This document shows positions 58,181 to 63,757 of a stretch of 63,757 nt of DNA, in pieces. Source of the DNA: Candidatus Eiseniibacteriota bacterium (lineage in GTDB: Bacteria; Eisenbacteria; RBG-16-71-46); assembly GCA_038231135.1 (NCBI GenBank), contig JBBRLX010000027.1, forward strand, positions 1 through 63,757. The letters are read 5' to 3'. The position numbers and the translations under genes are program-made. Position 1 is the first letter of the stretch, and every line of letters starts with the position of its first letter. A model generated the notes under the pieces. It had not been told where the DNA came from. It did no database searches and saw only the letters and a program-made list of their open reading frames with translations.

Positions 58181-59014
58181 GTGTCCATTCACCGTCGACG
58201 ATTCTCCATCGCCCGGTTCGCCCTGCTCGTTGCCTGTCAGGTAGCCCTCCTCGTCTTCTGCTTTCGCCAGTTCTTTCCGAAGCTCTGGGCCTCGCAGTCG
58301 AGCGCAGGCGCACTGGCCATTGCCCTGACATTCCTGGTCGTGCACCTGTTCCTGTCACTGTTCGAGTGGTGCTTCCATCGTTACGTCCTGCATGGGGTGA
58401 CCGTATGGTGGCTGACGCGGTTCGCCCGGGGACACCGCCATCACCACAGCCTGACGTCCATTCGCCTGCAGCCGGCCCCCGAAGGCGCCGACCGTTTCGT
58501 ACTGAACGAATACCCGATCACCGAGAAAGAGCAGTATCCGGATTCCGACTTTCCGGTTTACGCGCTGGCCGCGCTGTGGGTGGTATTCACGCCCCTGCTG
58601 ATGGGCGCCCAGTGGCTCGCGCCCCGATGGCCGGTCATGCTCGCGGGGTATGCGGCGATCGCGTGGTCCGTGTCGCTCTACGAGATCCTGCACGCGATGG
58701 ACCATTGGCCGTACGAGTGGTGGAAGAAGGCCACGGAGCATCCGCGGTTCGGCGCCTTCTGGCGCAGGCTCTATGGCTTTCACCTGATGCACCACGCGAA
58801 CATCGGGTGCAACGAAGCCATCTCGGGATTCTTCGGGATGCCGATCCCGGATTGGTGCCTGGGCACCTACCACCAGCCGAAGGAGCTGCTGCTCAGCGGC
58901 CGGTTGGCGACGGCGAGAGACTTCGCGATCCGGTCGCCGCGACCGTTCGTGCGGTGGCTCGATCGCTGGGCGCGCCAGCGTGAAGCCGGAATTGTGCGCC
59001 GCCGGACGTCGTGA
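58181..59014 (+). CDS. Fatty-acid hydroxylase/sterol desaturase-like di-iron membrane protein
   Basis: His boxes EW.FHRYVLH, HRHHH, YEILH, HLMHH with TM segments. Confidence 0.8.
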   Translation: MSIHRRRFSIARFALLVACQVALLVFCFRQFFPKLWASQSSAGALAIALTFLVVHLFLSLFEWCFHRYVLHGVTVWWLTRFARGHRHHHSLTSIRLQPAPEGADRFVLNEYPITEKEQYPDSDFPVYALAALWVVFTPLLMGAQWLAPRWPVMLAGYAAIAWSVSLYEILHAMDHWPYEWWKKATEHPRFGAFWRRLYGFHLMHHANIGCNEAISGFFGMPIPDWCLGTYHQPKELLLSGRLATARDFAIRSPRPFVRWLDRWARQREAGIVRRRTS

Positions 59015-59026
59015 GGCGCGGGTCCG

Positions 59027-60838
59027 TCATCTCACGATCGTGAACCGCCGGGTGACGCTGCCAGCTCCGGTATCCACCGCATAGAAGTAGACCCCTGCGG
59101 GCAGCCGCTTCCCGCCCGCACTCCTGCCATCGAACGCAAGGCGATGAGTCCCGGCGATGGCCTGCGGTTCGTCCGCCAGCGTCCGGACGCGCCTGCCTCG
59201 CACGTCGAACACGGCGCAGCGCAGGCGGGTGCTGCGCGGCAGCGATATCGTGAACGTGGCGGTCGTCTGCACCGGGTTGGGCGAGATGCTCGCGGATACG
59301 CGGTCGACCTGATCGGGCGCCAGGACGATGACCTCGCGAATGTCGGGTGTGGGGTCCCGGAACCCTTCGGAATCCACCACCGTGAACGACACCCGGTACA
59401 TTCCGGGGACGTTGAACATGACGGGGCCGGGACTCTGGACATTCAGATTCGGCGCGGCCCCGTCGAAATTCCAGTGGTAGCGCAACGGATCGCCATCGGC
59501 GTCACGCTCGACGCCGCGCCCCTGCCACGTTATGTCCTGACCCTGGACGATCGTGATGTCGCCCGGGGGAGGCGATGTGATCACGCCATGCGGGGGTCTC
59601 ACCGAGATCGTCGTGCTGTCGAATACGGCACCCAGGTCGCAGGTGATGTCATTCGGATTGAGCACGTCGCCACCAGGCGGGCCGCAAATCGCCTCGAGCT
59701 TGATCGCGGTCGCCGAGAACGTGAGCCGCACCGTATGGTGGTGAAACGCCCGGTATGCGGACCAGTAGGGCGGCGGACAGCCGCCGAGCCAGAAACAATC
59801 GAGTCCCTGGTCGTTCTCGAGACTCGCGCCACCGCCTCCCGTGGTGATGTGCGTCACCCCGTGTTGCGGGTACGTGCGTTCGTAGTTGTGGGAATGACCG
59901 GTGATATTGAGCTTGTACTTGCTGTGCGTGGCCCCGAGCGAATCGAGGTCCGCCTTCAGCTCCGGCATGCCGGGATGGTGTCCGGACGAATATGCGGGAC
60001 GGTGCCCGAACGTCACGACGAACGTGATGTTGCCATCCGCTTCCGCCGAATCCATGAGCGCGTTGGCGACCGGGAACCATTCGTCGAGAGCGTTCGGCCA
60101 GGGCTCTGGATATGCGATGAACCGGACGTTGCCGTAGTCGAACCAATACCAGTCCTTGCCGCAACACGAGATCGCGGGCGAACCGGTGGACGTGTGCCCG
60201 TTCGGCAGATCGAACCGGCCCTTGTAGTTGCGCAGATCGTCGAGACTGTCGCTCGGTTCCCACTCGTGATTGCCCCACGCGGGCATATAGGCTGCGTCCT
60301 GGGACCAGATCATCATGTCGTTGAAGTGCTGGTCGATGCTCTCGAGGCCCTTGTTGTCGCCATACGTGAGGTCGCCGACGAGGAGCGCGAACGTGGGGTG
60401 TCCTTGCGCGATCAATCCCTGGACCACCCCGCAGCGCGCATAGTTCTCGGTGCTGCCGATGTCCGCCTCGGCGTAGATGGTGAAGTCGGATGTGCCGGGA
60501 GCCCGCGGCGTCCGGAACGTGTGATCACCGCCGCCGCCGATCGCGTAGTGATAGAGGGTGTCGGGCTGCAGATCGGTGAGCGGTGCTTCGCGGAATGGCC
60601 CCGCCGAGGAATAGGGGACGGGACTCGGGGCGTGAGCCACGGCCTCATGGTCGTACGCCGAAGTCAGACCAAAGCGGAGGGTGTTGTCGACTCCCCGCCA
60701 GTCGAACGTGACGGCGGTTGGACCCATGATCGTCCAGTGGATCTCGTCGGCGGCGTGGACCGCCGCGGGGAACATCAGCGAGGCGGCGAGCAAGGCCATG
60801 ATCGACGGTCGGCGCACGATAGGGTCCCTCTCGATCAT
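59027..60838 (-). CDS. Secreted purple-acid-phosphatase-like metallophosphoesterase with PKD and C-terminal sorting domains
   Basis: Signal peptide; Fn3-like LQPDTLYHY; ADIG, GDLTY, GNHE, GHRP, GHSHNYER; PKD YHWNFDG; C-terminus PNP...FDVRGRRVR...PAGVYFY. Confidence 0.9.
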   Translation of the reverse strand: MIERDPIVRRPSIMALLAASLMFPAAVHAADEIHWTIMGPTAVTFDWRGVDNTLRFGLTSAYDHEAVAHAPSPVPYSSAGPFREAPLTDLQPDTLYHYAIGGGGDHTFRTPRAPGTSDFTIYAEADIGSTENYARCGVVQGLIAQGHPTFALLVGDLTYGDNKGLESIDQHFNDMMIWSQDAAYMPAWGNHEWEPSDSLDDLRNYKGRFDLPNGHTSTGSPAISCCGKDWYWFDYGNVRFIAYPEPWPNALDEWFPVANALMDSAEADGNITFVVTFGHRPAYSSGHHPGMPELKADLDSLGATHSKYKLNITGHSHNYERTYPQHGVTHITTGGGGASLENDQGLDCFWLGGCPPPYWSAYRAFHHHTVRLTFSATAIKLEAICGPPGGDVLNPNDITCDLGAVFDSTTISVRPPHGVITSPPPGDITIVQGQDITWQGRGVERDADGDPLRYHWNFDGAAPNLNVQSPGPVMFNVPGMYRVSFTVVDSEGFRDPTPDIREVIVLAPDQVDRVSASISPNPVQTTATFTISLPRSTRLRCAVFDVRGRRVRTLADEPQAIAGTHRLAFDGRSAGGKRLPAGVYFYAVDTGAGSVTRRFTIVR

Positions 60839-61017
60839 CCTGCCTGGCACGCGATGAATCCGCTCCGGTGCAGGGGGACGATCGAAAGGTTCGCCGCGGC
60901 GATATCGAATCCACGAGAACCGCCCACGATGTCGGAGGCCTGAAACAATCGTGGGCCCGGCGCCTGAATGACACCTGAATGCTGCGACTGCTGGCGCGGC
61001 TGTGCACGCAGCCGGGT

Positions 61018-63757
61018 TTACCTCATCAGGACAAATGCCGTGCGTCGCGTTCCCGAGGTCGTCCACAGCGTGCAGTAATAGACGCCCGCCGGGGCGCCGG
61101 CCAGGTTCACGTGCAGCAGGTGAGTGCCGGGCTCGAACACGCCGTCGGCGCAGGTGCGAACCATTCGCCCCGTCACGTCGAACACGCCGATCCGCACCGG
61201 GCCCGCCGCCGGCGTTCGAAACCGGATGTCGAGATCGCCCAGGGTCGGGTTCGGGGCCGCCGGCGCGAGCCAGACACCCTGCAGCGGCGAATCCGCGACC
61301 GCGGCGCCGGCGTGCGCGGGCTGCGCCAGGAGCGCGGGTTTCGGCAGGACCTGCTGCCACGCGTGTGACTCGTCGTTGCGTGTGCCCGTGTAGGGGCACC
61401 CCGCGCCGTCGGCGCCCTTGGTGTTGAGCACCTGCCCGGAGTCGTAGTAGTCCGTGGTCTTGCCGGCGACCGTGACGTGCACCACCGGAATCGTGTTCGA
61501 GATCAGTCGTGCGCAATCCGCGGGATCGCAGCCGTAGCAGCCCGCCGGGTTGGTATCCGAGCCGTCGAACGCCTCGAACGACGTCTGCGCGAGAACCAGC
61601 CTGCCGCCCGCGGGCACCGTTTGGCTCCCCCACAGGTCGTACACTTTGGACCCGATGTTCGCGGTGACGGTGACCGCCGCCGCGGCGCCGGTCAGGTTGT
61701 CGACGCGTAGCGCGGCCGAGTCCCAGGAATTGACGGTGCCGGGATCGGGAACGCCGACGAACACCACGTTGGACGAACTCATCCACGGATTCGGCTTGGT
61801 CTGAGTATTTCCCGGATGATGAGTGTCGTAGTACCCCACGTATACCGCGACGGGACCACTGCTCGAAGTCGTGCTGCTCTGGGTGACCGAAGCGCTCACG
61901 ACCGCCGAGACCTTGCCGCCGGCGTCGGTCGCGGTGAGCTTGATCACAAAAGTGCCGGTCGCGGCGTAGGTGTGGTTCGCGGTCGATACCGGGGCCGTCC
62001 GGGATACGACCGGCGTGCCGTCGCCGAAATCGAACTTGTAGCTGGCGATGGGAGTGGCGTCCAGGTCCGTCGAGCCTGACGCGTCGGCGATCACCGTGAG
62101 GGCCGGCGTTGAGGCCTGACTCACGCTCAGGCGGGCGATGGGGGGATCGTCCACCGGGGCGGGCGCCGGGACCGTGACCGTTGCGTGTGCTGGAGCGGAG
62201 GCACTGCCGCCGGTGTCGGTGGCGATCAGCGTCACGGTGTAGGTGCCTTTGACGGCGTAGGTGTGCGATGCGGTGGCGTCCTGGCTCGTCACGGTGACCG
62301 GCGCCGTGCCGTCGCCGAAATCGAACCGCCAGCTCGCAATCGGGGTCGCGTCCTGATCGGTGGACGGCGAACCGTCGGCGATCACGGCGAGCGATGGATT
62401 GGGCCGGGGCGTGACGAACAGCGCCGCCACGGGGGGCGCCTCGGGCGGCGGTCCCGCGGTATAGGTGGCGCAGATGGACATCCAGGAGCCGGCGGCCGTG
62501 CCTGCCGACGCGAAGGCTCCGGTTGCCGTGGCCATGCGGTAGTCGTCGCCCAGCAGATCGCTGCCGATCGAGAGCGTGGGCAGCGCCGTCGCCGGAGCAG
62601 CCCACGCGGGCGCCACGCCCGACTCGATGCCGACCACGCCGAACACCAGCTCGGACGGTTGGGCGGTGGGGGCGGTGAGGCCGGAGCTGAACGCGGTGCC
62701 GGTGGCGAACGCCGATGCGGCCTTGTCGAACGCGGTGATGCCTGAGAACTCCTCGACCGCGACGTGGCAGGCGGCGGCGGAGGGATAGGTGATCTTGAGC
62801 ACCTGGCCCTGGGCGAGCGGCTTCGCGTTGCGGGCGGAGAACAGCAGCGTGCGGTCGCCGGCCGCGCCGTTGGTCTGCTCGCGATCGAGCGAGTACGCGT
62901 TGCCGGCGGCGTCGGTGACGGTGACGGCGCCGGCCTTGCACGAACTGAGCAGCAGCGCCACTAGCAGTGCATCGCCGCCGGCGACATCCCGGTCCGGCGC
63001 GAGTGAAATGGTGGTGGACGTCGTGGCGAACGTCGTGCTGGCGATCCGCGCCACGTAGCGGGGCGGCGCGGTGGTGACTGTGACGCTGGCTGTCGCCGGC
63101 GATGACGCCAGTGCGCCGGTATCGGTGGCGACCAGGGTTACGGCATACGTGCCGGGCGATGCGTAGCCGTGGCTCGCCGTGGTGGCCGGCGCGGCGACGT
63201 TGACGGGAGCCGTGCCGTCGCCGAAGTCGAACCGGTAGCTGGCGATCGGCGTGCCGTCCAAGTCCGTGGAGCTCGTGGCATCGGCCTGGACGGTGAGCGA
63301 CGGCGCGGCGTTGGTCATCACGAGTCTGGCGACGGGCGCAAAGTCCGGCGGCGGCGGCGCTGCCACCGTGACGCTGGCGGACGCAGGAGTCGACGCCAGC
63401 GCGCCGGTGTCGGTGGCGATCAGGGTTACGGTATAGGTACCGGGTGCCGCGTAGGTGTGACTCGCCTTCGTGGCCGGCGCCGCGACCGTGACGGGAGCCG
63501 TGCCGTCGCCGAAGTCGAACCGGTAGCTGGCGACCGGCGACACGTCGGTGTCGGTGGAACCGGTGCCGTCGGCCTGGACGGCGAGCGACGGCGCGGCGTT
63601 GGCCATCACGAGTCTGGCGACGGGCGCGAAGTCCGGCGGCGGCGGCGCTGCCACTGTGATGCTGGCGGTCGCCGGAGTCGACGCCAGCGCGCCGGTGTCG
63701 GTGGCGATCAGGGTTACGGTATAGGTACCGGGTGCCGCGTAGGTGTGGCTCGCCTTC
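61018..63757 (-). CDS. Large PKD-repeat surface protein, C-terminal part (enters from right edge)
   Basis: Frame open from the window end; at least 4 full PKD units, an internal ~200-aa domain, the GYYDTHH domain and a C-terminal sorting domain. Confidence 0.9.
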   Translation of the reverse strand, partial: KASHTYAAPGTYTVTLIATDTGALASTPATASITVAAPPPPDFAPVARLVMANAAPSLAVQADGTGSTDTDVSPVASYRFDFGDGTAPVTVAAPATKASHTYAAPGTYTVTLIATDTGALASTPASASVTVAAPPPPDFAPVARLVMTNAAPSLTVQADATSSTDLDGTPIASYRFDFGDGTAPVNVAAPATTASHGYASPGTYAVTLVATDTGALASSPATASVTVTTAPPRYVARIASTTFATTSTTISLAPDRDVAGGDALLVALLLSSCKAGAVTVTDAAGNAYSLDREQTNGAAGDRTLLFSARNAKPLAQGQVLKITYPSAAACHVAVEEFSGITAFDKAASAFATGTAFSSGLTAPTAQPSELVFGVVGIESGVAPAWAAPATALPTLSIGSDLLGDDYRMATATGAFASAGTAAGSWMSICATYTAGPPPEAPPVAALFVTPRPNPSLAVIADGSPSTDQDATPIASWRFDFGDGTAPVTVTSQDATASHTYAVKGTYTVTLIATDTGGSASAPAHATVTVPAPAPVDDPPIARLSVSQASTPALTVIADASGSTDLDATPIASYKFDFGDGTPVVSRTAPVSTANHTYAATGTFVIKLTATDAGGKVSAVVSASVTQSSTTSSSGPVAVYVGYYDTHHPGNTQTKPNPWMSSSNVVFVGVPDPGTVNSWDSAALRVDNLTGAAAAVTVTANIGSKVYDLWGSQTVPAGGRLVLAQTSFEAFDGSDTNPAGCYGCDPADCARLISNTIPVVHVTVAGKTTDYYDSGQVLNTKGADGAGCPYTGTRNDESHAWQQVLPKPALLAQPAHAGAAVADSPLQGVWLAPAAPNPTLGDLDIRFRTPAAGPVRIGVFDVTGRMVRTCADGVFEPGTHLLHVNLAGAPAGVYYCTLWTTSGTRRTAFVLMR
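63070..63757 (-). repeat. Near-identical 288-bp (96-aa) tandem PKD repeats
   Basis: CGAGTCTGGCGACGGGCGC occurs at 63321 and 63609; long identical stretches continue to the window end. Confidence 0.85.

Noticed and set aside
60839..62941. Apparent 1304-aa phosphatase fusion
   Set aside because: The upstream part is an off-frame read of the PKD gene; the phosphatase has its own signal peptide near 60838
1..63757. CRISPR array, tRNA/rRNA, IS, integrase, prophage or plasmid replication genes
   Set aside because: None recognised; the periodic repeats are intragenic (PKD, Kelch, propeller, HhH)

Overview
High-GC window (roughly 70% by eye) from a diderm bacterium. Six intact secreted proteins and one remnant end in a shared T9SS type-A/FlgD-Ig-like C-terminal sorting domain. 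This points to an FCB-affiliated lineage such as Candidatus Eisenbacteria (inference). No rRNA, tRNA, CRISPR array, transposase, integrase or replication gene was recognised. Main contents: (i) large secreted repeat proteins (PKD adhesins, Kelch and other beta-propellers, a purple-acid-phosphatase fusion) and three GT-C membrane glycosyltransferases; (ii) a compact redox operon at 33.5-37.3 kb joining a Cyc2/ExtI-like cytochrome-porin, a monoheme cytochrome c, a Rieske protein, cytochrome b and a second cytochrome c, followed about 2.6 kb later by a TlpA-DUF4266-DUF3570-ApbE flavinylation module; (iii) a two-component cluster at 50.8-57.6 kb with no DNA-binding output domain and a three-copy non-coding palindrome; (iv) scattered metabolic genes (DAHP synthase, GH1, AmtB, NfeD/SPFH) and several frameshifted remnants. 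The two window ends carry complementary N- and C-terminal parts of a minus-strand PKD-repeat gene, so the sequence may be circular or flanked by paralogous adhesin genes. The best candidate for an undescribed system is the porin-cytochrome plus Rieske/cytochrome b operon. All calls come from reading motifs by eye; no database searches were run.
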